Positions 15,296-34,182 of a DNA stretch of 64,000 bases are shown here, in pieces; position 1 is the stretch's first letter; the number at the start of each line of letters is the position of its first letter. The DNA comes from Octopus vulgaris (Eukaryota), in contig OX597815.1 of NCBI GenBank assembly GCA_951406725.2, forward strand, positions 50,716,001 through 50,780,000. The letters are read 5' to 3'. A program made the position numbers and the translations under genes. The notes beneath the pieces are model-generated. The model did no database searches and was not told the origin of the DNA. It was given only the letters and a program-made list of their open reading frames with translations.

Positions 15296-15337
<42 letters not shown>

Positions 15338-15448
15338 ATGTATATCATCATCATTTAGCATCCTCTTTCCATTCTCCGTTTTGTTACACACACACAAGCA
15401 CACATGTATATATAGTTATACATACCCACATTTATCTATGTTTCTGTC

Positions 15449-15495
<47 letters not shown>

Positions 15496-15629
15496 AATGT
15501 ATGTATCATTCATCTCAATTGACATTGGCTTCCTGGCAAAGGGTACTACTGAAATTTTAGACTTCTCTTCTACACAGCGAGATACATATTACACTGTTTC
15601 AGTTATATCAATTATGCATTCTTTAATTT

Positions 15630-22380
<6,751 letters not shown>

Positions 22381-22984
22381 TATCATTGTTTCATTTTATA
22401 TATGTTCCCGGTGTTTAAGTAATAAATTTAACTTGTTGAAATGGGACAGAGACTTCAACTCTTAGTAACTGGATTCCAAATAACTTTTCCTAAGTTTGGA
22501 ATCCTTTTATTTTGCTGTACTTTCTTCAAAACATCTCCTTCTGTCATGTAAATCATTTTGGACAGTAGGGTTAATTACTATTATTCTTTTTATTACTGTT
22601 GAGAAATGTCAAGAAAGGCTATATCAGTTTGTGGGAAAATGTTTACGTTACAAAACAAAGATATAATGCAGAATTTTTTCTAAATCAATTTAGCTTTCAG
22701 TTTTTAAAGCTGCAGGTTTTCTTTTAAAGTAATCCACTAATTTCAAAAAAGCTAGTTTAAATTAAATAAATGCCTTGTATTCAACAATTTAAATTACAAA
22801 AGACAAATACTACTCTAAATTACTCATTTGAAATTAATTAATATTTCATTTCTGTTGGGTAATTCTTAAATATATAAAATTCTTAAATATACCTGTTGCT
22901 TCTTGATTAAGACAAGTTAATTGAAGTAATTAATCTCTTTAGTCCTTTCATATTTAAAAAAAAGCCTTGAATTTCCCCCTTATT

Positions 22985-23062
22985 AATCTTTTACTTGTTT
23001 AAGTCATTAGACTGTGGCCTTGCTGGGGCACTGCCTGAAAGCATTTTTCGTCAAACCCCAGT
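22985..23062 (-). mobile_element. SINE 3' fragment (family of 33725-34182)
   Basis: TTTTACTTGTTTAAGTCATTAGACTGTGGCCTTGCTGGGGCA resembles 33740-33775 and the reverse complement of 24151-24215. Confidence 0.65.
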
Positions 23063-24118
23063 TCATTTGACTAAAAATTCTTTATTTACATTTAAATTTA
23101 CTCATTGTAAACCTGTTGTTGTCTTGTATTAAATTTATTTTATTTCAACTAATTTTATTTCTTTAATATAATTCTGATTTGACTTTTCCTTTTCGCTTTT
23201 TGCAAATTTTTATTTCTGTAACGGTATGACATCAGATCATATGTGTAAAATGTTTTGTTTTTAATTTGATTACTATCAAATAACATGTAAAAATTGTAAA
23301 TAATTTTAAAGTTTTATACATAGTGTTGGCTGTTTATCATTCTTAGCTGTTCAAGTCAGTGACAATATTAGAAATGAAAGTATACCTTATTAATTACCTT
23401 ATTCTATTCAGCTTCATCTTTTTAGTGTGATTTCAAATTGTGCTGGGTTTGAGTTTTACTTTCATTCTCCCACAGTTTATAGATTTTGTTTGAATTCATT
23501 GTTAATAACTATTTACTAATTTAAGTTACAATAGTGTAAACCTTTTCAAAAATTTCTTTGATATTATTTAATTGAAAGTTTCTGTTGCGTGGTATTTATT
23601 TAAAACTTCACCACAGAATGCTACTATATTCAGCCTTTCAACATGAAAGGAAACACGTGTTGCTTCATAGCTAACATAAAACAGTGAGAGGAAGATGATG
23701 TAAACTTTGTTGAAATGTTTGAGTTTAACATCATTTTTTAAGATAACTTTTAATCCGTTCACTCATTTACAGTTCGTACACATTGCAATATAACATCACA
23801 CTTTATGTAATAAATAATGCTTTTTTATACCCCCCCCCGCCACCAATCTATAGTATTTGTGTGTGAGTGACTATATGCACTCACTTATACACATCTTATT
23901 AATATGAAAGCACACACACACACACACACTGATAATTGATACATCCATTACATGTGTGCATGTGTTTAGATGCACAAACTCACATATTTATACGTGAGCC
24001 AAATATATTATGTTTGAATGTTTACATATGTAGGTCTGGGTATATGTTACATAAACTTGTGCTTCTTGATACATATGTGTGTGTATGTGTATATGTGTGT
24101 AAGTATATAGAGTGTATG

Positions 24119-24150
<32 letters not shown>

Positions 24151-24215
24151 GGTGGTGCCCCAACATGACTGCTGTCCAGTAGTTTGAATTAGGAAAAGAA
24201 TAAAAGAAAAGAAAG
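24151..24215 (+). mobile_element. SINE 3' fragment (same family, opposite orientation)
   Basis: GGTGGTGCCCCAACATGACTGC followed by an A-rich tail; reverse-complement similarity to 22985-23035. Confidence 0.55.
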
Positions 24216-24819
24216 AGTAAATATAATGTAGTATAAGGATGATAACACTGTTGTTAAACTCAATCAGTCTCCACACAAATATTTAAAATAACTTTAGCTG
24301 GTACATGTTGCATTTTTTTGTACTTATACAATTATGATACTGCATTATCATACATGCATTAATCACCATTTTTCACAACGTAATAAAAAGCAATAATGCA
24401 GACTAATGCTAATATGGTTGACTAACTTATTAGTCCCAAATGAGCTCTTGATAGCAAACTTACAGTCACTTCAGTTTATCGTTCATTAGCCCCCAGTATA
24501 AAACATTCCAGAGATATTAAATTGTGTGTGCGTGTGTGTGTTGTAATATATATATAGATAGATACAGAGACATAAATAAACATTGTTATCATCATTGTTT
24601 TTTATATCTGCTTCTTTTTTTATTACTATACTGACAAGGATAAAATGAGATTTATTTGAAGCAGTATTCTATGGCCTGATGCCCTTCCCGTTGCCAACCA
24701 TTACTTTTAAGGAAGAGACTTTTATTCAATTTGGCCTCACACTTGTTAGTTAGAAAGTAAATCTCATATCAACACACCCACACCTACAACTGAAAATATC
24801 GTCATAGATAGATACATTC

Positions 24820-24886
<67 letters not shown>

Positions 24887-24890
24887 TGTA

Positions 24891-25119
24891 TAGTAATCCC
24901 TCAACCATCATGGGTGTTATGTTTCAAAACCTCCCACGATAGATGAAAATCCGCGAAGTAGGAACTGTACTGTATATTTTAAAATTATTTTAAAAATTTG
25001 CATATATTTATTTACTATAACTGCAAAACAACACCACAGAGGAATCAGCATAAGCTTAAATAATAAACTGTGATAGGTGAACCATGATAGGTGAACCGCG
25101 ATATGGCAAGGGATTACTG
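24891..25119. mobile_element. Tc1/mariner superfamily (pogo/Tigger-type) MITE, ~229 bp
   Basis: Terminal inverted repeats TAGTAATCCCT...AGGGATTACTG, flanked by TA on both sides (24889-90, 25120-21), with subterminal GATAGGTGAACC repeats and no coding capacity. Confidence 0.8.
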
Positions 25120-25387
25120 TATATTTGTGTGTGTGTATACATATACACGCACGCACACACATCTGCATATAATTTTATAATATTGTTTCATATTTCTACA
25201 TATTTACTCAACCTTCTTCTCTCAGTCTGATTATCTTTCTACCAGTATATCTGTATATGGTTTTGTGCATATATATGTGTGTGTGTGCGTATTCAATAGC
25301 ATATTCCATATAAATGTCTTATCTCTTCTAACAGTTTACTAAAACTGATAATAATCAGATGAGTGAAACTTTTAATTATATATCTAT

Positions 25388-25418
<31 letters not shown>

Positions 25419-26049
25419 TTCACACACATACACATACTCACACACTCACACACACACACACACCACCCACAAAAGATGCAGCTTGCCAGGTTATCAAGTT
25501 GGTGGATTAGCAAGGAAAGATTGTTAGTTCATATCCTGCCACAGGTGGTATCGTCTATTCATGGCCTGTAAAATTTAGTGTATAAATGACTCAATCCAGC
25601 TAACTACATATTAGCAATAACATGATATGTTATTGCCTAACCTCACAGCAGTATCACTGAGTAGAATTATAATCAAAAGGCATTTCATCCATATCACTCC
25701 AACACACCATATCTACATTATGCAATGTGTCCCTAATATTTTGGGTCCTCCAAGTTTGTAATTTGAGGTAACTTCAGCATGTATTCCTTGCATATTGCGG
25801 GGATTATATGGAAAAGCATTCTTCTGGACATATTATACAAGGAAAGTGTGCTTGGTTCAGTTTTTTTCATATAGCACAAGGCTTATCAAATAAAAGGGAA
25901 AGATGATACATTGATTAAATGCATAAAAAATAAATACATATACTTTGGGATCTGCCTGCGAGAGGGTTAGCACATTTGTCTAAATTGAAATAATACATGA
26001 TGACTATCAATATATCCAATACGTTATTACGCAGATTATTTGTTTACCA

Positions 26050-26238
26050 GATGTGTATGTATACAACCCACCCACACATATATATTTGTATATATGTATG
26101 TCGGTATATGTACATGTACATATGTATACGCTCACATGTTCATGAATACAAATGTTTATATGAATACATGTGCACACACGCTCACATATACATGCATGTG
26201 TGTAAATATAGATATATGTTTATATATGTGTATATGTA

Positions 26239-26288
<50 letters not shown>

Positions 26289-26322
26289 TAGATTGATAGA
26301 GAGATAGATAGTTATGTGCATA

Positions 26323-26421
<99 letters not shown>

Positions 26422-26538
26422 ACATATATATATATATGTATATATATATATGTATATATATATGTATATATATATATATATGTATATATACATGTGTATA
26501 TATATATGTATATATGTATATATATATGTATATATACA

Positions 26539-26577
<39 letters not shown>

Positions 26578-26740
26578 GTATATATATATATATATACATA
26601 TACATATGTATATATATATATGTATATATATGTATATATCTATATATACATATATATACACTTATGTATATATATATATATGTATATATATGTATATATC
26701 TATATATACATATATATACACTTATGTATATGTATAAGTA

Positions 26741-26797
<57 letters not shown>

Positions 26798-27350
26798 ATG
26801 TATATATATATGTGTGTGTGTATATATATAGATAGATTTGCATTTAACCATATATGCATTCATATACATACATATATATATGTGTGTATATATATATATA
26901 TATGTATATTTGCTTAAACTTATATCTGTATACATATCAAATAGTCATATATGCATGCATGTGCATATATATATATATATATATATACATATACATGGAG
27001 AGAGAGAGGGAGATAAATAGATAGGTTTAAGTACGTATTTATATATGTTTGTATAAAAGTATACATATGTTTGTATGTATGTTTTTGCGTATGTATGTGT
27101 ATCTATATATCTACAAACAAACACACACACACACACACACTCATATCTGTAAATACAATAAATGCATTTCTATAGTCATATATGTATCGATATCTATATA
27201 TATATCTAACTATATATGCATACACATATATGTATATATGTGTATACATACATATATGTATACATACATATATACATATTTTCATATATTTATATATTGA
27301 TACTTTTCATATTTTTATATTGGTATAATTATATATATTATAATAATTAT
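26050..27350. repeat. (TA)n-dominated field with an internal 60-bp tandem duplication (about 26605-26730)
   Basis: Read directly; ATATCTATATATACATATATATACACTTATGTATA recurs at 60-bp spacing. Confidence 0.9.
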
Positions 27351-28014
27351 AATATTTCTTTAGCTAATGGGTCTATATTTGTGTTTACAGACACACACGT
27401 GTGTAACGTACGTATAGTTTTGTGTAGTTATTAGCAAAGCTATAAATTGTGTAAAGGAGTCAGTGTTCAAAACCTGCAAGTGACATTACAACTTCCATTC
27501 CTCCATGTTAGCTTACTTATGCTATTGTAGCTGTGTGTGTGTGTGTGTATTTAATGTCACATATATTGAGAATCTAGTATAAATGTCCTTATCTGTATGT
27601 ATGTGTAAAAGAATTTACAACACTTATGTGCCCATATTCGTGTGTTAGTGTTTGAGTCCATCCTATCTTCATATGCATATATACACACACACACACACAC
27701 ACACATACATATATATATACATACATACTCATATTTAGTTATGTACACATATACATGTAATCACATGGATACACACACAACTACATGCATACATGTAGTA
27801 ATTAGGAAAATGATTAGATAGTAATGTTGCAGTTGTTCAGCCACAGCTCTAGGGCCGAAACATATAACACAATGTAAAAAATAAAAGAATAAATCAGATT
27901 TCAAGTCATTTACACATCTAAACTGTATATTGGTACAGATTCAATATACAAGAACTGAGATACACTTTTGTGTATATGAATAGTATACATATATAGATGT
28001 GTATGTATATATGC

Positions 28015-28047
<33 letters not shown>

Positions 28048-28084
28048 TATATGCACATGCACATTATGTTACCTGCTGCTCTCA

Positions 28085-28263
28085 ATGGACTGTGGGCTTT
28101 GCTGCAGCATGTTCTTGAATTGTTTAGGTGAACAAATTGCCTAGAGTATTTATATTTCAGGTTTAGTACTTATCCTGTTAGTCTTATGCTGCACTGTGGG
28201 ACTGAACCAAAAAACATGCGGATGCTAAGAGAACTTCTGAACCATGCAACCATGCAAGAGCCT
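28085..28263 (-). mobile_element. Internally deleted degenerate SINE (family of 33725-34182)
   Basis: Shares GTGGGACTGAACC (box B on the - strand) and decayed tail motifs with the 33725-34182 copy. Confidence 0.6.
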
Positions 28264-28701
28264 GCGTACTTATGTAATTGCATTCACACACATACTTGCA
28301 CAGAAACACATATGTATATATATATATATATGTGTGTGTGTGTCTGTGTGTGTGTGTGCGTGTTTGTAATATAATATGTGACATTTATTCGGTTGCCATA
28401 GTAAAACTCTGAGTTTCAGATGTCAGGGCGGAAACCTGCACCAGCATCTCTTCAGTTATCAAGGCATGTGTCTGTGTGTGTAGAAGTTACATAGGGCTGA
28501 GGCAGACTGCTATTAAATATTACATGTAACACTGACCAAATGTGTTTCATGCCACTTTCTTTTACTTGTTCACCCACTTGTGTGTGTGTGTATCTGTACA
28601 TGTATAAATGTATGTATATATATATACACACATATATTTAAATATATACACTTATACATGTACATATATGTATTGTATCTATTTATCTGTCTATCTATTA
28701 C

Positions 28702-28777
<76 letters not shown>

Positions 28778-29095
28778 ATGTATAGTTATATATATATTAA
28801 GCACATGTTTTTGTGTGTGTACACACAAACATATGTATATGTACACTATATATATATATATATATTTATATGTATATATACATCTGTTTTTCTATTTATC
28901 TACCTATCTATATTATATATATATATATATACACATATATGTATATATATATATTTATATGTGTGTGTGTGTGTATGTATATAACATTATATATATTAAG
29001 CACATGCTTTTGTGTGTGTATGCACAAAAGTATATATATATACACTATATATATTTATCTATACATCTGTCTTTCTAGTTATCTACCTATCTGTC

Positions 29096-29126
<31 letters not shown>

Positions 29127-29131
<5 letters not shown>

Positions 29132-29450
29132 GGCACTCTGTGGTTTATGACAAGTGTTCCAGCTGATTCAAACTATGGAACAGCCTGTTTGTGAAATTAA
29201 TGTGCAAGTGGCTGAGCACTCCACAGGCATGTATGCCCTTAATGTAGTTCTGAGGGAGGATCAGCATGACACAGAATGTGACAAGGCTGGCCCTTTGAAA
29301 TATGGGTACTACTCACTTTTGCCAGCTGAGTGAATTGGAAAATCATGAAATAAAGTGTCTTGCTTAAGGGCAGAATGCACCATCGGAAATTGAACACACA
29401 ACTTTATAATCATGAACTAAATACTCTAACTATGAATCCACATATCTTCC
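29127..29450 (-). mobile_element. tRNA-derived SINE, long-tail variant
   Basis: The - strand head and core (GCAAGACACTTTATTTCA...CACTCAGCTGGCAAAAGTGAGT) match 30360-30505 and 59295-59440; the 3' part is different. Confidence 0.75.
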
Positions 29451-29543
29451 TTACACACACACACATATATATAATAATAATAATAATGAAATTATTGTAT
29501 ACAGTGCTCAGGTGCACCACAACTTGTCAAAAGTGCGTATAAA

Positions 29544-29585
<42 letters not shown>

Positions 29586-30228
29586 ATGTATATATGTACA
29601 TATATATTTAAATGTGTGTGTGTGTGTGTATACAAACACACACACACACATGCAAACACATGTGCATACATATAAGTAATATATTTGTGATATCTATTTG
29701 TATGTCACTGTCAACATTCAACAGCCACTTTCTGTGGAAGAAATATATGTATATACATATGTTAGATATATAAGTAATATGCCTGCTTTTCGTGAGATCT
29801 ACTGAAACAAAAGTTTAACATTTACCATATTGTTAAATTCATTTTTTCTTCGTAAGATGTCAACAAGAATCATAAGCACTCCAGTTTTTTTCTTCATAAG
29901 TCACCCCAAGAAATATCATTCTATTTTGCTATGTACTCATCTGTGTTATTGTGCGTGTGTATGAGAGAGTGTGTGTGTATGTGTGTATACACATATACAC
30001 ACACCTACACTCTTACATTTGCACATGTATGTATATGCAGATCTGTATATATGTATACATTTATATGTGTCTGTGTGTGTGTATATATTTATGTGTGTGT
30101 GTGAGTATATATGTGTGTGTATATATTTATGTGTGTGTGTGAGTATATTTGTGTGTGTATATATATATATTATGTGTATGTATGTATATGTGTGTGTATG
30201 TATGTATATGTATATATGTGTGTGTGTG

Positions 30229-30264
<36 letters not shown>

Positions 30265-30359
30265 CATACATTTATATTTACACATATACACACATTTGCA
30301 TGAAAATGTATGTATATGTGTGTGTGTAGATATATATATATATGTATGTATGTAATGTG

Positions 30360-30560
30360 ATGGCACATGACTTAGTGGTTAGCGTATTGCATTCATAATT
30401 GTAAGACTGGTTTAAATTCCTGGGACTGGTAATGCATTATGTTCTTGGGCAAGATACTTAATTTCAAGTAGCTCTAGTCCACCCAACTGGCTAAAAATGA
30501 GTTCCTCTGTAACAGACCAGCGTCCCATCCAGGGAGGAAATATATATGTCACAAACAGCT
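30360..30560 (+). mobile_element. tRNA-derived SINE
   Basis: Box-A-like TGACTTAGTGG and box-B-like GGTTTAAATTCC; colinear with the reverse complement of 59205-59440. Confidence 0.75.
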
Positions 30561-30695
30561 CAGTAAGGGTCATTGATCCTGTATATATAATGTACATACA
30601 AACATATGTTATACATATATTTGTATAATGATATAATAGATAAACATACATGTATATGCATATTTATGTAAGTACATATGTATAATGTATATGTA

Positions 30696-31506
30696 GAGAG
30701 TGCAGTGAATATATTGTCATCTAGGTTACTCAAAAATGAAAATAACATCTCAATTTAACAGATATATTTACCAAAATTACATAAAAATATCTTGAAATAC
30801 TAAAGAGTAAATCTATTCAATAAAATTGCCATTGGCTTCAACCATGGCCTCCAGACGACTTTGGGATCTCCTGCAACCCTTCTGGATGGTCTCCTTATTT
30901 CAGTTGGTCAGTACTGCCATAAACCTTGCCTTCAGTTCATCTTTGGTGTTACAAGTTTTGTTGCACTCTCACTCAACTATGTCCCACTCATAATAATCAA
31001 GGGGGTTGCAGTCTGGGGAGTTAGGTGGCCAGATGTTAGGGGTGATGTGGTTGCAGAACTTATCTGACAGCCATGACTGGGTCCTCCCAGACATAGGGTC
31101 TTCCAATAGCCACCCTCTTCACCCAGGGCAGTACTACCTCCTTCAGGCACTTACTGTAGGCCTCCTTGTTGAGTGTGAGGCCATATGGGAAGATGAATGG
31201 AGGCATAACGTCACCATCACTAGTGATCACTCTAAACACCATGATGTTGACTGGTTGTTTAATTTTTATTACTCTTGGTACTTATCCTCAGATTGACACC
31301 CAAACAATCTGAAATGTTTGTATTGGATCTTCCAGCGCAAATTCTAAGCAGTACAGCATGTCGTCTCCAAATTTCTGTTAGAGTGATGCTGTTTTTCTCA
31401 GACAGTGCCCAACTAACCCTACTATACTGTGTAGTTGACATAATCAAAAACAAACAATGCGCACATGTGAAATCAAAAGTTTGAAATGGCAACAATAATC
31501 ACCGTG
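30696..31506 (-). mobile_element. Internally deleted, decayed Tc1/mariner transposon, probably maT (DD37D)-type
   Basis: The - strand reads VITSDGDVMPPFIFP...YSKCLKEVVLPW...RPYVW, then after a small deletion QSWLSDKFCNHITPNIWPPNSPDCNP, a frameshifted DY, and ...SRLEAMVEANGNFIE* (stop 30813-15). An N-terminal HTH-like piece lies at ~31285-31385; termini are decayed and TA-flanked. Confidence 0.85.
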
Positions 31507-31762
31507 TATATACATATATAATGTTACAAAGATTTATACATTCAACTTTCTGTATTCATCTGCAGCAATAAAGTTTTTTGGCTGAATACATCATCACTAG
31601 TACTGATTTTATTCTTGTTTTTATTGTATATCCCTGTATGTGTATGTGCTGACTTCACATGTGTGTGTGTGTGTATGTGTATATACACATATATATCTGT
31701 ACATGTGAGTGTATATATCTATATATAGATACATATACATCTACACACACACAGTTCTGTGT

Positions 31763-31797
<35 letters not shown>

Positions 31798-32817
31798 CAT
31801 AGAGAGAGAGAGACACACACACACACACTTATGTACACATATATATCAATGTACATGTATGCATATACCTACATGAATTTTTGTGCGCACACACACACAT
31901 AGTATATATAAACAGACAGGTATCTATGTGCGTGTGATTATTATATATACTTTATACATATAAGATCAGGTGTAAACATATATATCCACATGTAATGTGG
32001 AATGTGCATATCATATTTATATGCATGATTATATGCATGTGATATGTGTGAACATTTGTCCATGTATGTGTACACAAATGTCATTCCTCTCTCTCTCCCT
32101 CTGTGTGTGTGTATATATATATATACATACACAACAATACACACACACATATATGATCATGTTTTGTGAATGTGCAAATACTTATTTTTAAGTATCACTT
32201 ATTATCCAGTTAACATGAAATTGATGCACATGATGTATTTATATATGAAATTGTTTGTATGTGTGTATCCTGTGAGTGATCAATTAGACACATAAAAGCC
32301 TAGAATTTATATGTCATTTAGACACTTATGACAGTGCTATGTGATGTTTTTATCATATGGCCATATTTTATTAAATGCATACACTGAAGAGCTGGTAATA
32401 ATTTTCATGCTTATCATAGGCATCACACAGGGATTAATATTGCATATTCCTTTTGTTATGGGCATACATAATCAATGTTTAGTGATATTATTACATTTGG
32501 TTGTTCTGCACTTGTTTTCCTAATGTCCAAATAAGTACACTATTATACATACTCAGTCACACACACATGCACACACGTGCATGCACATACTTATATGTAT
32601 TATGTTTGTATGTACTTGTTAATATCTAATTATATGTGTTCATTATTTTCACACTCACACAAAATATATAGATATATACATCAACAGATATGTAGATACA
32701 TACATATATGTGTATGAGTGTGTGTATACATTGTTCATATATGTGTATATATATTTGTTCATAAAAGTGTGTATATATATATATATATATACACACATGG
32801 CCATGTATGTATATATG

Positions 32818-32848
<31 letters not shown>

Positions 32849-33369
32849 ATATATGTGTATGGGTGTGTGTGTGTAAGTATATTCATATATATGTATACAA
32901 ACAGTCTCACACACACATACACACACTCACACTTACATCCATAGTCTTTTCTGTGATATTTCTGTTCCAGGCATATTAGTGTGAATGACTATGCTAAATG
33001 TCCTCATATTTTGTTATAAATTACCTGCATTCACCATGTGATATATACAAAAATGTGTCTTCTAAATTATTAGTACATCATGAAGTGTCCTAATATGGAA
33101 GCTTTCCCTACCCCAATTAACACATCTAGTCATCACTAATACATGTGTACAAATATTTGTATACATCTGCTGTGTATTTATTTTGAATACAGTGCATGTG
33201 TTTTCCTAAAGCTTGCATATGTGTACAGTCACTTGTCTGTGCATATACATACAGCAGTACAGACACATTGCAAACATGTTGTAATATATACATGTAAAAT
33301 TGTATGAATATATGAATTAGTGATACAAACTTTTATACATTCTTAGATATATGTTTACACACATGCATT

Positions 33370-33478
33370 TATACAAGGGGATGAAGAAAAGTTTCTAGCT
33401 TAAGGGTATTGCAAAAGGCCTTCCAAATTCTTTTACAGGGCATAGAAAAACTGAAGGACCACTGCAATAAGTGTGTGA
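33370..33478 (+). mobile_element. Mariner-derived fragment (TIR-like start fused to transposase C-terminus)
   Basis: TACAAGGGGATGAAGAAAAGTT is TIR-like; [15 protein letters not shown] resembles the mariner C-terminal GIxKLxxRWxKCV motif. Confidence 0.6.
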
Positions 33479-33519
33479 CTGATGCAATGTGTGTGTGTAT
33501 GTATGTATGTATCTATCTA

Positions 33520-33568
<49 letters not shown>

Positions 33569-33634
33569 TATATGTATATATATATGTATATACCACCTGT
33601 CTTCGTCTTTTGTTTTGTGTAAACTCTCCCTATA

Positions 33635-33679
<45 letters not shown>

Positions 33680-33724
33680 CTATACACAATGCTTGTTTGT
33701 GAATATGTATGCATGTAATATCTT

Positions 33725-33935
33725 TCATCTTTTACATGCTTTAGTCATTCCTCTGTGGCCATTCTGGGGCTCTACCTTCAAGGGTTTTTAGTTAAACAAA
33801 TCAACCACAGTACTTAATTTTTAAGTCTGATACTTATTAAATGGGTTTCTTTTGCTGAACTTATGTTAAAAGGATGTAAACAAACCAGTACTGGTGAGGG
33901 ACAAACATACATATACATAGATGTGTGTGTGTGTG

Positions 33936-33985
<50 letters not shown>

Positions 33986-34024
33986 TCTATGTGTATGTAT
34001 GTTTGTATAGAGAGAGAGAGAGAC

Positions 34025-34076
<52 letters not shown>

Positions 34077-34182
34077 CCATTTACAAGGCTTTGGTTGACT
34101 CAGTGCTATATTAGAAGATACCATGAAGTGGGACTGAACCTGGTACTTGTGGTTGGGAATCAAACTTCTTTCCACACACCAA
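33725..34182 (-). mobile_element. Near full-length tRNA-derived SINE with expanded internal microsatellite
   Basis: tRNA-like head on the - strand (GGTGTGTGGAAAGAAGTTTG...GGTTCAGTCCCAC), internal (TA)/(CA)/(GATA) block at ~33905-34075, and tail shared with the 22985, 24151 and 28085 copies. Confidence 0.75.

Larger units (their letters stand above)
15102..15301 (-). mobile_element. Penelope-like element terminal fragment (pLTR-like) with inverted partial copy, inserted in (TA)n
   Basis: Hammerhead motif followed on the - strand by an AATAAA-containing tail and flanked by (TA)n on both sides. Inverted terminal copies and hammerheads are known traits of Penelope-like elements. Confidence 0.7.
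15170..15301. repeat. Perfect 132-bp palindrome (66-bp arms, no spacer, centre AAG|CTT at 15235/15236)
   Basis: The arms were compared by eye and are exact reverse complements. Confidence 0.95.

Noticed and set aside
27838-27880. GGCCGAAAC as a hammerhead remnant
   Set aside because: No upstream CTGANGA box; it looks like a SINE 3' tail remnant, similar to 18141-18170.
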